A stretch of DNA of 64,000 bases, taken from a bacterium. GTDB taxonomy: Bacteria > Chloroflexota > Anaerolineae > Anaerolineales > Anaerolineaceae. Location of the stretch: contig CAVESB010000004.1 of the NCBI GenBank assembly GCA_963618265.1, positions 813 through 64,812 on the forward strand, read 5' to 3'. The notes beneath the pieces are model-generated. The model did not search any database, had not been told where the DNA came from, and worked only from the letters and a program-made list of their open reading frames with translations. Within the stretch, counting starts at the first letter, position 1, and the number at the start of each line of letters is the position of its first letter. The position numbers were made by a program, and so were the translations under genes. Of this stretch, positions 36,816-45,780 are shown in pieces.

Positions 36816-37195
36816 TGAAGCAGTATTCCAATATCACTTTCTTCTACTATGACAACTACGATGAAGCGGTTGACTTCTATGAAAACATCTTTCATCTGGA
36901 AGTTGTCCAGGATCAGGGCGGCTGCAAACTGTACCGTCAGGGCAAAACCTTTTTCGGTATCGTCGACTCCGCTCACGGTACGCTGAAAGCTCAGCCGAAG
37001 AATGCCTGTATGCTCACCATCATCGTTGATGATGTCATGGAATGGTATGAATACCTGACCTCCAAAGGCGTCAAGGTGTACAGCGGACCGAACCATACCC
37101 CGTTCGTGGACAATGTCTTTTACGTTGATCCGGGCGGTTATATCGTTGAAACGCAGAAATTCCTGGATGAGAAGATCCAGAAAGAATTTGAATAA
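36815..37195 (+). CDS. VOC (glyoxalase fold) family protein, second copy
   Basis: 126 aa. Paralog of 24423-24803 (ITFFYYDNYDEAVDFYENIFHLE, DPGGYIVETQ, C-terminal KEFE). TAATG overlap with the synthetase gene. Confidence 0.7.
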   Translation: MKQYSNITFFYYDNYDEAVDFYENIFHLEVVQDQGGCKLYRQGKTFFGIVDSAHGTLKAQPKNACMLTIIVDDVMEWYEYLTSKGVKVYSGPNHTPFVDNVFYVDPGGYIVETQKFLDEKIQKEFE

Positions 37196-37215
37196 TCAAT
37201 AAGGAGTGTATAAAC

Positions 37216-37779
37216 ATGTTGGAAGTCAAACAGTCTGATCTGCCCGAATGGCAGCGCGATGCGTCTTGTGAAACCGAGGCCTGGAGCTGCGAAGCCCGCC
37301 GCGGCCGTGAATTCATCGTTCGTATGAACACCGGCGCCGACCCTGTTAAGGCTATCGAAGAGTTCGCCCGCAAGAACAACATCCGCTTCGGTAAGGTTCA
37401 CGCCACGTTCATGGGCGCCTTCCAGCCCTGCCGTTATTATGTCTGGGTTCCGGATGTCACGGACTACAGCAACTGGCATTATGAAGGCGAAGCCCAGTGC
37501 GACAACCTCGTGATGCTTGCCGCGATCGGCGGTATGATCGGCCAGCGTACCGGCCGTGACGGCAATGAAGAAACCTTCGTCGCGATGCACTTCGTCGCCG
37601 GCGGCGCCTGGGATAACCCGACCATCTCCGGTCACTTGATCGAAGGCACCAAGGTCAAGGGCTGTATGCAGGTCTTCGTTACCGAGCTGCTCGACATTGA
37701 TGTCCTGAAACCGGTTGACATTTACGGAGAAGAATACACCCTGCCGGAAAACTTCTATCAGAACATCGCCAAAAAATAA
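37216..37779 (+). CDS. PPC (DUF296) domain protein, second copy
   Basis: 187 aa. AAGGAG 9 nt upstream. RGREFIV..GADPVKAIEEFA, IGGMI, MHFVAGGAW, ISGHL. Paralog of 15138-15641. Confidence 0.65.
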   Translation: MLEVKQSDLPEWQRDASCETEAWSCEARRGREFIVRMNTGADPVKAIEEFARKNNIRFGKVHATFMGAFQPCRYYVWVPDVTDYSNWHYEGEAQCDNLVMLAAIGGMIGQRTGRDGNEETFVAMHFVAGGAWDNPTISGHLIEGTKVKGCMQVFVTELLDIDVLKPVDIYGEEYTLPENFYQNIAKK

Positions 37780-37791
37780 TCAGGGCAAAGC

Positions 37792-37825
37792 AAAAGTCCG
37801 GGACGATCAAATCCCGGACTTTTTT
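37792..37825. terminator. bidirectional rho-independent terminator
   Basis: AAAA-GTCCGGGA-N8-TCCCGGAC-TTTTTT between convergent genes. Confidence 0.85.
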
Positions 37826-37845
37826 GATTAAACCCGTTTTCGGCG

Positions 37846-38226
37846 TTAATTCACCGGATGCCCCATCAGAATATAGATGATGAGGATAATGAACAGCGCA
37901 CCCGCCATGGCGTAACGACCCTTCTTGAACTCCAGATGCAGTTTATCCATGATGAGCCGCCTGCTGAGAATGATCACAACGATACAGAGGAACAGCTTTG
38001 TCCCCTCCTCGATATACCGATTCGGGACGATGAACATGATCAAGCCCGTCAAAACCCCGAGCGCGGCCCCGAGAATGATCTCTTTGCGATCCTCTTCCCC
38101 GGTCTGTATGTGCGGTGTCTCAGGTTCGGGTGCGGGAATGTCACAGAGGTGAATGTTCCCCTCGTCCCGCTTCCCTTCAGCCGGTACTTCGATGTCGGGT
38201 TTCTCTTCTGTATGATTATTTTCCAT
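37846..38226 (-). CDS. small membrane protein (3 predicted TM segments), acidic N-terminus
   Basis: 126 aa. Hydrophobic stretches IILGAALGVLTGLIMFIV, LFLCIVVIILS and AGALFIILIIYILM. Lies 16 nt downstream of galM on the same strand. Confidence 0.5.
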   Translation of the reverse strand: MENNHTEEKPDIEVPAEGKRDEGNIHLCDIPAPEPETPHIQTGEEDRKEIILGAALGVLTGLIMFIVPNRYIEEGTKLFLCIVVIILSRRLIMDKLHLEFKKGRYAMAGALFIILIIYILMGHPVN

Positions 38227-38242
38227 TGCTCTCCGTCAGGCT

Positions 38243-39280
38243 TTATTGCGCTGTGAAGCGGAACTCCGTATGATGATGGTAGGTTTCACCCGGACGCAAG
38301 ATCGAGGTCGGGAAGTTGGGATGGTTGATGGCATCCGGGTAATGCTGCGGCTCAAAGCACATGCCACTGAATTTCGTGTAAGTGCAGCCGCCCTTGCCGT
38401 TGCGCTTGGTAATGGAGTTGCCGGTGTAGAACTGCATACCTTCCTGATCGGTGGACGCGGTCATGGTGATGCCGGACTTGTCCCCGCTGAGGATCGCGGC
38501 TTCGCGGAAAATGCCGGGTTCGCCGAGAATGTAGTTGTGGTCGTAGCCGCCGGTGATCAGCTTCACGGTTTCAGAGATGTCTTTGCGGATGACCTTCGGT
38601 GCGGTGAAGTCCAGCGCGGATCCCTTTTCGACATCAAGGATCTTGCCGGTCGGGATGAGACCTTCGCGGATCTCGTTTGTCTTGTCTGAATGAATCGTCA
38701 GAACATGATCCAGAATGTCCCCCGCGTCGTGACCGTTCAGGTTGAAGTACCAGTGATTGGTCAGGTTGAGGACAGTCGGCTTGTCGGTGACGGCAAAGTA
38801 GTCGATGGTGAAGGTGTTGTCTTCTTTCAGCGTATAGACTGCTTTGGCCTCAACCTCGCCCGGGTAGCCCTGTTCGCCGTCTGCGGACTTGGTGGTGAAG
38901 GTCACGGAGTTCTCTGCCTCGTTCAGCTCATAATTCCAAATCTTTTCGTTCCAGCCGTGGGCACCGCCGTGAAGGTGATTCGGTCCCTCGTTCTTCGTAA
39001 GCTCGTAATGAACGCCGTCCAGGTCAAAGGCGGCGCCGCCGATACGGTTGGCGCAGCGTCCCGGGGTCGAACCGAAATATCCGTTGTTGCTGACATATTC
39101 CTCGATGGTGTCATAGCCGAGGCAGATATCCACCGGTTTGCCGTCCTTGTCAGGGACGATGACGCTGCGGATATCGGTACCGTAGGTGAGGGCAGAGACT
39201 GCCATCCCGTTATTGTTTGTCAAGGTGATTTCATGGATTTTGATGCCCTTGATGTCACCGAATTCACGTACATTGATCAT
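38243..39280 (-). CDS. galM: aldose 1-epimerase (galactose mutarotase)
   Basis: 345 aa. GSTPGRCANRI, NEGPNHLHGG, HWYFNL, FCFEPQHYPD-type motifs. Confidence 0.85.
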   Translation of the reverse strand: MINVREFGDIKGIKIHEITLTNNNGMAVSALTYGTDIRSVIVPDKDGKPVDICLGYDTIEEYVSNNGYFGSTPGRCANRIGGAAFDLDGVHYELTKNEGPNHLHGGAHGWNEKIWNYELNEAENSVTFTTKSADGEQGYPGEVEAKAVYTLKEDNTFTIDYFAVTDKPTVLNLTNHWYFNLNGHDAGDILDHVLTIHSDKTNEIREGLIPTGKILDVEKGSALDFTAPKVIRKDISETVKLITGGYDHNYILGEPGIFREAAILSGDKSGITMTASTDQEGMQFYTGNSITKRNGKGGCTYTKFSGMCFEPQHYPDAINHPNFPTSILRPGETYHHHTEFRFTAQ

Positions 39281-39494
39281 GATTGCCTCCTGTGAAAAAT
39301 CGCTGCTTCTATTATACTTTATCCGTTAAATGCGCGGAGTATTCCGTCGGGCGGGTTGGCGCGGCGTGACGAATATTACCTGTTCTTTGTGATATTCTTC
39401 CGGTAGTTAAAGATGACAGCTCCCATATTGCGCTGTGCCTCGTATATGAGTTATAGTTATTAAAATCATGCCTGTTTTTTTTAGGAGGTATTCT

Positions 39495-40637
39495 TTGAAA
39501 AAGCTTTCTGTTGTGATGCTTGCGCTTTGCGTCTCTCTCTTCGCTGTCTGCTGCGCTTTCGCCGCAGATGTGCCGGATGAGATCTCGATCGGCGTTCTCG
39601 GCTCTTTCAGCGGCGCGCAGGCTGCCGGCGGACAGAGCATGAAAGATGCCATCGCGGTTGTCAGTGCTGAAACAGGCAATACGATTGAAATCAACGGCAA
39701 GTCCGTCTCGATCAACTGGGTTTTCGCGGACACTGCTTCCGACTCTCAAAATGCCGCGCAGGCTGTCGTTAAGATGATTGAGAACGACGGCGTTATTGCC
39801 ATTATCGGTCCGGAGAACAGCGGTGAAGCCCTTGCCGCAGCCTCGATTGCGCAGGAAGCGGGCATTCCGCTGATTACGACCACCGGCACCAACAATGAGA
39901 TCACGGGGATCGGCGACTTCATCTTCCGCATGTGTATGTCCGATGATGTTCAGGGGCGTGTGGCTGCAAAATACGCTGTTGACCAGCTGAAACTGATGAC
40001 CGCTGCTGTGATTTATGACAAATCTGACGTTTTTTCCTCCGGTCTTTACACTTCGTTTGAATCCGCTTATACCGCGCTCGGCGGCAGGATTCTCTGCGTT
40101 GAGTCCTTTGAAGGGCAGGATGCTTCCCTCTTCGGGACGAACGGCAGCGATTTAGCTTCCTGTGGCGCAGAGCTCATTTACGTTCCTGTCCATCATGACA
40201 ACGCCCCGTGGATCCTGAAATACATCAAGAACTCCGGCACCAATGCCGTTGTCCTGGGTCCGGATTCATGGGATTATGACTCCATGGTTCAGAATACCGG
40301 CGCTTCCGTTCTTGAAGGATCCTACATCACATCCGGCTTTGCCGCAGAAATGGAATCAGCGAAGGAATTCACGATCGGGTTCGCTGCGTTGAACGGTTCT
40401 CGTCCCTCTTTCAATGCCGCCATGACTTATGAAGCCGCGTATACCATCCTGAATGCCCTCGTCAATACGAAGAGCATTGACGGCACCGGCATCCGGGATG
40501 CGATCAAGGCCGCGGGCAGCCTTGCACTGCCGACCGGCAGCGTGAACTTTGACGACAACGGCGACGCTGTCAAATTCGGCATCGTCAAGCAGTTCCGGGA
40601 CGGTGTGCGTGTCTATGTAACATCAATCGCTCCGTAA
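39495..40637 (+). CDS. Liv-type (HAAT, Peripla_BP_6) amino-acid-binding protein A1
   Basis: TTG start 39495, with AGGAGG 6 nt upstream. Signal peptide (M)KKLSVVMLALCVSLFAVCCAFA. ISIGVLGSFSGAQAAGG. Confidence 0.8.
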   Translation: MKKLSVVMLALCVSLFAVCCAFAADVPDEISIGVLGSFSGAQAAGGQSMKDAIAVVSAETGNTIEINGKSVSINWVFADTASDSQNAAQAVVKMIENDGVIAIIGPENSGEALAAASIAQEAGIPLITTTGTNNEITGIGDFIFRMCMSDDVQGRVAAKYAVDQLKLMTAAVIYDKSDVFSSGLYTSFESAYTALGGRILCVESFEGQDASLFGTNGSDLASCGAELIYVPVHHDNAPWILKYIKNSGTNAVVLGPDSWDYDSMVQNTGASVLEGSYITSGFAAEMESAKEFTIGFAALNGSRPSFNAAMTYEAAYTILNALVNTKSIDGTGIRDAIKAAGSLALPTGSVNFDDNGDAVKFGIVKQFRDGVRVYVTSIAP

Positions 40638-40661
40638 TATAAGGACAGGTTAAGGAATCAG

Positions 40662-40690
40662 CGGCTGCTCTGCAAGAGCAGCCGTTTTTT
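40662..40690 (+). terminator. rho-independent terminator after SBP A1
   Basis: CGGCTGCTC-N5-GAGCAGCCG followed by TTTTTT. Confidence 0.85.
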
Positions 40691-40777
40691 GGTATTTTTG
40701 ACCTGAAAATGACATTTGGCAGGGTACTGATAGTGTTGATAAACAGGTGGTGCGGAAAAAGAATACGGTGATGTAAT

Positions 40778-40807
40778 GTGACGGAAGAGCCCCAATCCGT
40801 GACGGAA
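40778..40807 (+). repeat. direct repeat GTGACGGAA x2 spaced 21 bp, overlapping the -35 region of the SBP A2 promoter
   Basis: Copies at 40778-40786 and 40799-40807. TATAAT lies at 40825-40830. Confidence 0.4.
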
Positions 40808-40878
40808 AATCACAAAAGAATTTGTATAATTATATTAATATCCGATCAACCCAACAGGATATAAGAAAGGAAAAAAGC

Positions 40879-42018
40879 ATGAAAAAGTCTTTAGTAATTT
40901 TGTTGGTTGTCTGTTTTGTTATGAGCACCTTTGTCGGCGCGTTCGCGAAGGACATTCCGGATGAAATCACCATCGGCATGATTGGCGCCATCTCCGGTGC
41001 GCAGGCTCTTGACGGGCAGAACATGCAGGACGCTCTGAAGGTTCTGCGATCCGAAATCAATGATACCATCACCATTGACGGCAAGGACGTCCATGTGAAC
41101 TGGGTCTATGAAGACTGCGAAGCCAAACCGGAAATCGCTGTCAACGCCGCCCAGAAACTCGTTGAGCAGGATCACGTCATCGCCATCCTCGGCCCGAATA
41201 ACAGCTCCGATGCCATTGCCGCCGCCGCGATTACTCAAGATGCAGAAATTCCGTTGATCTCCAACACCGGTACCAACATCGCTGTGACCCAGGTTGGCGA
41301 TTACACTTTCCGCGCTTGCATTATTGATCCTTTCCAGGGTAAGGTCGCTTCCAAGTTCGCGTTCGATAACCTTGGCTACACCAAGGCCGCTGTGATCTAT
41401 GACAATGCCGACGCTTATTCCACCGGTCTGTATGAAGCTTTCGCTGAATCCTTCAAGGAACTCGGCGGTGAAGTTGTCGCTGCCGAAGCCTTCTCCGGCG
41501 CTGATGTCCGCGACTACTCCGCTCAGCTGATCAACATCAAGGCCGCGAATCCGGAAGTCGTCTTCGTTCCGTGCCACATCGACAACATCCCGCTCATTCT
41601 CCAGCAGATCCGCGGTATGGGCATTGAAGCCACACTCCTGGGCTGCGACTCCTGGGATTATGACGCTCTGCCGGGTCTTGTCGGTCTTGATGTCATCGAA
41701 GGCGCTTATTACATTACCGGTTTCGCTCCGGATGCTGAAACCGCTAAGGATTTCGTGCAGAAATTCAAGGAAATGAACGGCTATCTGCCTTCCTTCTGCT
41801 CCGCTATGATGTACGAAGCCGGCCGCATTGTCATCAACGCGATTCAGAATGCTGAAACCATTGACGGTACCGGTGTCCGCGATGCCATGCTTGCTACCGA
41901 CATTGACCTGCCGACCGGTCATGTGACCTTTGATGAGGATCGCAACCCGATCAAGTCCGGTGTCATCCTCCAGGTTCTCAATGGTGAACGTGTCTACGTC
42001 ACCTCTGTTGCTCCGTAA
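40879..42018 (+). CDS. Liv-type amino-acid-binding protein A2
   Basis: 379 aa from ATG 40879. Signal peptide MKKSLVILLVVCFVMSTFVGAFA. ITIGMIGAISGAQALDG. Paralog of A1. Confidence 0.85.
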   Translation: MKKSLVILLVVCFVMSTFVGAFAKDIPDEITIGMIGAISGAQALDGQNMQDALKVLRSEINDTITIDGKDVHVNWVYEDCEAKPEIAVNAAQKLVEQDHVIAILGPNNSSDAIAAAAITQDAEIPLISNTGTNIAVTQVGDYTFRACIIDPFQGKVASKFAFDNLGYTKAAVIYDNADAYSTGLYEAFAESFKELGGEVVAAEAFSGADVRDYSAQLINIKAANPEVVFVPCHIDNIPLILQQIRGMGIEATLLGCDSWDYDALPGLVGLDVIEGAYYITGFAPDAETAKDFVQKFKEMNGYLPSFCSAMMYEAGRIVINAIQNAETIDGTGVRDAMLATDIDLPTGHVTFDEDRNPIKSGVILQVLNGERVYVTSVAP

Positions 42019-42048
42019 TCTGCGGACGAATTAAACCATTGTCGCATC

Positions 42049-42079
42049 CCCTGTCCGGCAGATATGCCGGACAGGGTTT
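42049..42079 (+). terminator. post-SBP hairpin (weak terminator/attenuator)
   Basis: CCCTGTCCGGC-N6-GCCGGACAGGG followed by TTT. Confidence 0.55.
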
Positions 42080-42146
42080 ATAAAAAATACCGTGCAGGCT
42101 GCGGTATTCCGAATTCAATCCAAAAAGATAGAAAAGGAAAGCCTCT

Positions 42147-43049
42147 ATGGCACGATTCATTCAACTGATCGTTTATGGCTTGCAGTTGGGAAGTATTTAT
42201 GCGCTGCTGGCAATCGGTTATACCATGGTGTTCGGTATTATCCGCATGATAAATATGGCGCATGGCGATTTCCTGATGATGGGCTCTTACGCTGTGTTCT
42301 TCCTCGTCAGCCTCTGCTTCGGCGGCGAACTGGTCGGACCGGCTGTTGCATTGCTGGTTTTGATACTTTCTGCCGGCATTACGGGTATGATCGGTGTCGG
42401 CGTGGAACGGGTTGCCTACAAACCGCTGCGCAACCGTCCGAAGATTTCCTCGATGATTGCTGCAATCGGTGTGTCCCTGTTTACACAGAACCTGTTCCGT
42501 GCGCTTCCGTTTATCGGTCCGAATCCGCGCACAGCTCCGACGCTGATTAAAGACAAACTGTTCATGGTAGGCGGCGTCCAGCTGAGCCTTGCCCGTATTA
42601 TTGTAATTCTTCTGTCTGTTGTCATCATGCTGGTTCTGTATTACATCATTATGAATACGAAGATCGGTATGCAGATGCGCGCGGTTTCCTGCGATAAGGA
42701 TGCCTCCGCTCTGATGGGTTCCAATGTTGACAGCGTAATTTCCGCGACTTTCTTCATCGGTGCGGCGCTGGCCGCTGTCTCCGGTGCTTTCTATTCCAAC
42801 AGCTACCCTGTACTTCAGGTTACCATGGGTTCCACCCTCGGCAACAAGGCATTCATCGCCGCTGTGATGGGCGGTATCGGCGACATTCGCGGCGCGGTTC
42901 TCGGCGGTTTTATTATGGGCATCTCCGAGATCCTCATTTCCTCTGTCTATTCCGAGATCGCCTACGGCTTCTCGTTTGTCATTCTTGTTGTGATTCTGCT
43001 CTTCAAACCGGAAGGTCTGCTCGGTAAACCGCAGATCGAGAAAGTGTAA
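42147..43049 (+). CDS. livH: HAAT ABC permease LivH-like
   Basis: 300 aa. LGSIYALLAIGYTMVFGIIRMINMAHGD. Confidence 0.9.
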   Translation: MARFIQLIVYGLQLGSIYALLAIGYTMVFGIIRMINMAHGDFLMMGSYAVFFLVSLCFGGELVGPAVALLVLILSAGITGMIGVGVERVAYKPLRNRPKISSMIAAIGVSLFTQNLFRALPFIGPNPRTAPTLIKDKLFMVGGVQLSLARIIVILLSVVIMLVLYYIIMNTKIGMQMRAVSCDKDASALMGSNVDSVISATFFIGAALAAVSGAFYSNSYPVLQVTMGSTLGNKAFIAAVMGGIGDIRGAVLGGFIMGISEILISSVYSEIAYGFSFVILVVILLFKPEGLLGKPQIEKV

Positions 43050-44089
43050 TGGGGGAAAAGATGAATTGGCTCAAGAAAAACAACGAAGTAATCCTTCTCC
43101 CGCTGCTTTATATCGTGATCGCTGTGGCTCATAAATGCGGTCTGGTGAACAACTACTTCATGCAGATCCTTATGCTCGGCGGCATCAACGTCATCATGAC
43201 CGAATCCCTGAACCTGGTCAACGGTTTCACCGGTCAGTCTTCACTGGGGCACGCGGGCTTCATGGCTGTCGGCGCTTACGTCTCCGCGCTCTTCACAAAG
43301 GTTCTCTTCAACGTCGGCAAGATGAATGATGCCGCTCAGGTCGGGATGTTCCTCTTCGCGACGCTGATGGGCGGTATCGCCGCCGGGATCTTCGGCTACA
43401 TCATCGGTGTGCCGTCCCTGCGCCTCAAGGGCGACTACCTCGCCATTGTGACCCTTGGCTTCGGCGAAGTGATCCGTTCCATCATCCGCATTACCCCGAT
43501 TGTCGGGAAAGCTTTCGGCTTGACCGGTATTCCGAAGCTCTGCAACTTCTTCTGGGTATACCTTTTTGTCGTGATTGTGATTTACGCCTGCCGCAACTTC
43601 ATGGATTCCTCCTACGGCCGTGCCTGTATGGCCATCCGTGATAATGAAATCGCCGCAGACACCATCGGCATTGATGTCGCGAAATATAAGATCATCTCTT
43701 TCGTCTGCTCCGCTTTCGTCGCCGGTATCGCGGGTTCTCTGTACGCTCACGTCATGCGCTACCTGCACCCGGACGTCTTCGCTTACACCAAGTCCACCGA
43801 CTTCCTTGTCTATCTGTACGCCGGCGGCGTCGGTTCTATCTCCGGTTCTTTCCTCGGCGGTTTCATTCTGACCGCCCTGCCCGAACTGCTCCGCGCTCTT
43901 GCTGAATGGCGTCTGGTCATCTACGGCGCCCTGCTGGTCTGCATTATCCTCTTCCGCCCGACCGGTATGTTCGGCGGCAAGGAGTTTGCCTTCCTGAAGG
44001 TTAAGACCGGCGGCATCCAACTGATCGGGCTCTCCAATCTCGGCGATCTCTTTAAGAAGAATAAGAAAGCTCAGGAGGCTGCGAAATGA
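43049..44089 (+). CDS. livM: HAAT ABC permease LivM-like
   Basis: 346 aa. SLGHAGFMAVGAY, LRLKGDYLAIVTLGFGE. The start could instead be ATG 43061. Confidence 0.85.
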   Translation: MGEKMNWLKKNNEVILLPLLYIVIAVAHKCGLVNNYFMQILMLGGINVIMTESLNLVNGFTGQSSLGHAGFMAVGAYVSALFTKVLFNVGKMNDAAQVGMFLFATLMGGIAAGIFGYIIGVPSLRLKGDYLAIVTLGFGEVIRSIIRITPIVGKAFGLTGIPKLCNFFWVYLFVVIVIYACRNFMDSSYGRACMAIRDNEIAADTIGIDVAKYKIISFVCSAFVAGIAGSLYAHVMRYLHPDVFAYTKSTDFLVYLYAGGVGSISGSFLGGFILTALPELLRALAEWRLVIYGALLVCIILFRPTGMFGGKEFAFLKVKTGGIQLIGLSNLGDLFKKNKKAQEAAK

Positions 44090-44868
44090 GTATCTTAAAA
44101 GCTGATCACATCAGTATTCAGTTCGGCGGTCTGCGCGCTGTCAATGATTTTTCGATTGAGTTGAACAAGGATGACATTTCCGCGATCATCGGACCGAACG
44201 GTGCCGGCAAGACCACTGTCTTCAACATGCTGACGGGCATTTACCAGCCGACCGAAGGCAAAATTTACGTGAACGGAAAAGACATGACGGGCTGCCGTGC
44301 TTATCAGTTCGCCGAAGCCGGTCTTGCCCGCACTTTCCAGAATATCCGGCTCTTCAACGGCTCCACGGTTCTGGATAACGTTAAAATGGCGCATACCTTC
44401 AAGACTCATTACAACTTCTTCAACATGCTGACCCGCTCCGGCAACTACGCCGCTGAGGAAAAACGCATCACCGAGGAGTCCATGGCTCTGCTGGATATGT
44501 TTGACCTCGCCGACAAGAAAGATTACTTCGCGAACAATCTGCCGTATGGTGAACAGCGCCGTCTGGAAATCGTCCGCGCACTTGCGACCGATCCGGAAAT
44601 CGTTCTGCTTGATGAACCTGCCGCCGGCATGAACCCGAATGAAATCGACGAAGTCATCGAACTCATCGACCGCGTTCATACCGAACTGGGCAAAGCGATC
44701 CTCATCATTGAGCATCATATGAAGATGGTCATGTCCATCGCGAAGTTCATCAAGGTCATTGACTTCGGCGAAACAATTTGCGAAGGCACACCGGAAGTTG
44801 TTCAGAATGACCCGAAGGTCATCGAAGCTTATCTGGGCAGCCATGCCAATGAAGGAGCGAAATCATGA
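44086..44868 (+). CDS. livG: HAAT ABC ATPase LivG-like
   Basis: GPNGAGKTT, LPYGEQRRLEIVRAL, LLDEPAAGMNP. Confidence 0.9.
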   Translation: MSILKADHISIQFGGLRAVNDFSIELNKDDISAIIGPNGAGKTTVFNMLTGIYQPTEGKIYVNGKDMTGCRAYQFAEAGLARTFQNIRLFNGSTVLDNVKMAHTFKTHYNFFNMLTRSGNYAAEEKRITEESMALLDMFDLADKKDYFANNLPYGEQRRLEIVRALATDPEIVLLDEPAAGMNPNEIDEVIELIDRVHTELGKAILIIEHHMKMVMSIAKFIKVIDFGETICEGTPEVVQNDPKVIEAYLGSHANEGAKS

Positions 44869-45581
44869 CAACACCGATTCTTGAAGTAACGGATCTGCAT
44901 GTTCACTACGGTGCAATTAAGGCCGTCAAGGGCATTACTTTTCATGTCGATCCCGGTGAGATCGTCGCGCTGATCGGCGCAAACGGCGCCGGCAAGACCA
45001 CCACCCTGCGCACTATCACCGGCCTTGAAAAGGCCGCCGCCGGTTCCATTAAGTACAAGGGGATGGAAATCACGAAAGTCCCCGCTCACAAGATCGTTCA
45101 GATGGGCATTACGCATGTTCCGGAAGGCCGCCGCATTTTCACGAATATGACCGTCCGCGAAAACCTGCTGATGGCCGCTCTGACGGTGAATGACAAGGCG
45201 GATGTCAGCGAACGAATGGAAGAAGCCTTCCAGCTCTTCCCGCGTCTGAAAGAGCGTATCAAGCAGCCCGCGCTGACCCTTTCCGGCGGTGAACAGCAGA
45301 TGCTTGCCGTTGCCCGCGCGATTGTCACCGGCGGCGACCTTGTCGTTATGGATGAACCTTCCATGGGTCTGGCTCCGAAGATTGTTGATGAAATCTTTGA
45401 GGTTGTCGAGATGCTGAACAGGCGCGGAAAGACCATCCTGCTCAACGAACAGAATGCGTTCATGGCGCTGAGTGCCTGCAACCGCGCCTACGTTTTAGAG
45501 ACCGGAAACATCACGATGTTCGGTCCCGGTAAAGAATTGCTGAATGACCCGCGCGTGCGCGAAGCTTACCTCGGCAGCTGA
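44865..45581 (+). CDS. livF: HAAT ABC ATPase LivF-like
   Basis: GANGAGKTT, LSGGEQQMLAVARA, MDEPSMGLAP. Confidence 0.9.
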   Translation: MTTPILEVTDLHVHYGAIKAVKGITFHVDPGEIVALIGANGAGKTTTLRTITGLEKAAAGSIKYKGMEITKVPAHKIVQMGITHVPEGRRIFTNMTVRENLLMAALTVNDKADVSERMEEAFQLFPRLKERIKQPALTLSGGEQQMLAVARAIVTGGDLVVMDEPSMGLAPKIVDEIFEVVEMLNRRGKTILLNEQNAFMALSACNRAYVLETGNITMFGPGKELLNDPRVREAYLGS

Positions 45582-45607
45582 TCCGACCGAACAACCGCTT
45601 TGAGTTC

Positions 45608-45642
45608 AATCAACCCCTGCTCGCAGTGAACAGGGGTTGATT
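45608..45642 (+). terminator. 12-bp hairpin at the 3' end of Liv operon A (no clear U-tract)
   Basis: AATCAACCCCTG-N11-CAGGGGTTGATT. Confidence 0.45.
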
Positions 45643-45684
45643 CATGATGAGGAATGTCAGTGGATAACCTTGTAATTTTGACCT

Positions 45685-45713
45685 TTGCAAAAAAGCCGCA
45701 AATATGGTATATT
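45685..45713 (+). promoter_or_regulatory. infC operon promoter (-35 TTGCAA, 17-nt spacer, extended -10 TGgTATATT)
   Basis: Read directly. Followed by a short hairpin GCCGCG-N8-CGCGG-TTTT (45735-45758) just before the RBS. Confidence 0.55.
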
Positions 45714-45780
45714 GATACCGTTATACTGATTCCGGCCGCGCTTGATGACGCGGTTTTGGAAAAACACAAGGAGTAAAGCT

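Noticed and set aside
39281-39494. Possible riboswitch or leader in the 214-nt region upstream of SBP A1. The region has a GC-rich segment GCGCGGAGTATTCCGTCGGGCGGGTTGGCGCGGCG and a T8 run.
   Set aside because: I could not match it to any riboswitch class I know by consensus, and I could not draw a convincing terminator/antiterminator pair by eye. A covariance-model scan would be needed.
45714-45780. Bacillus-type L20 leader upstream of infC.
   Set aside because: The leader is only about 60 nt with a single 5-6-bp hairpin. That is too short for the known L20-binding pseudoknot/irregular-helix mimic. It cannot be confirmed without a covariance-model search.
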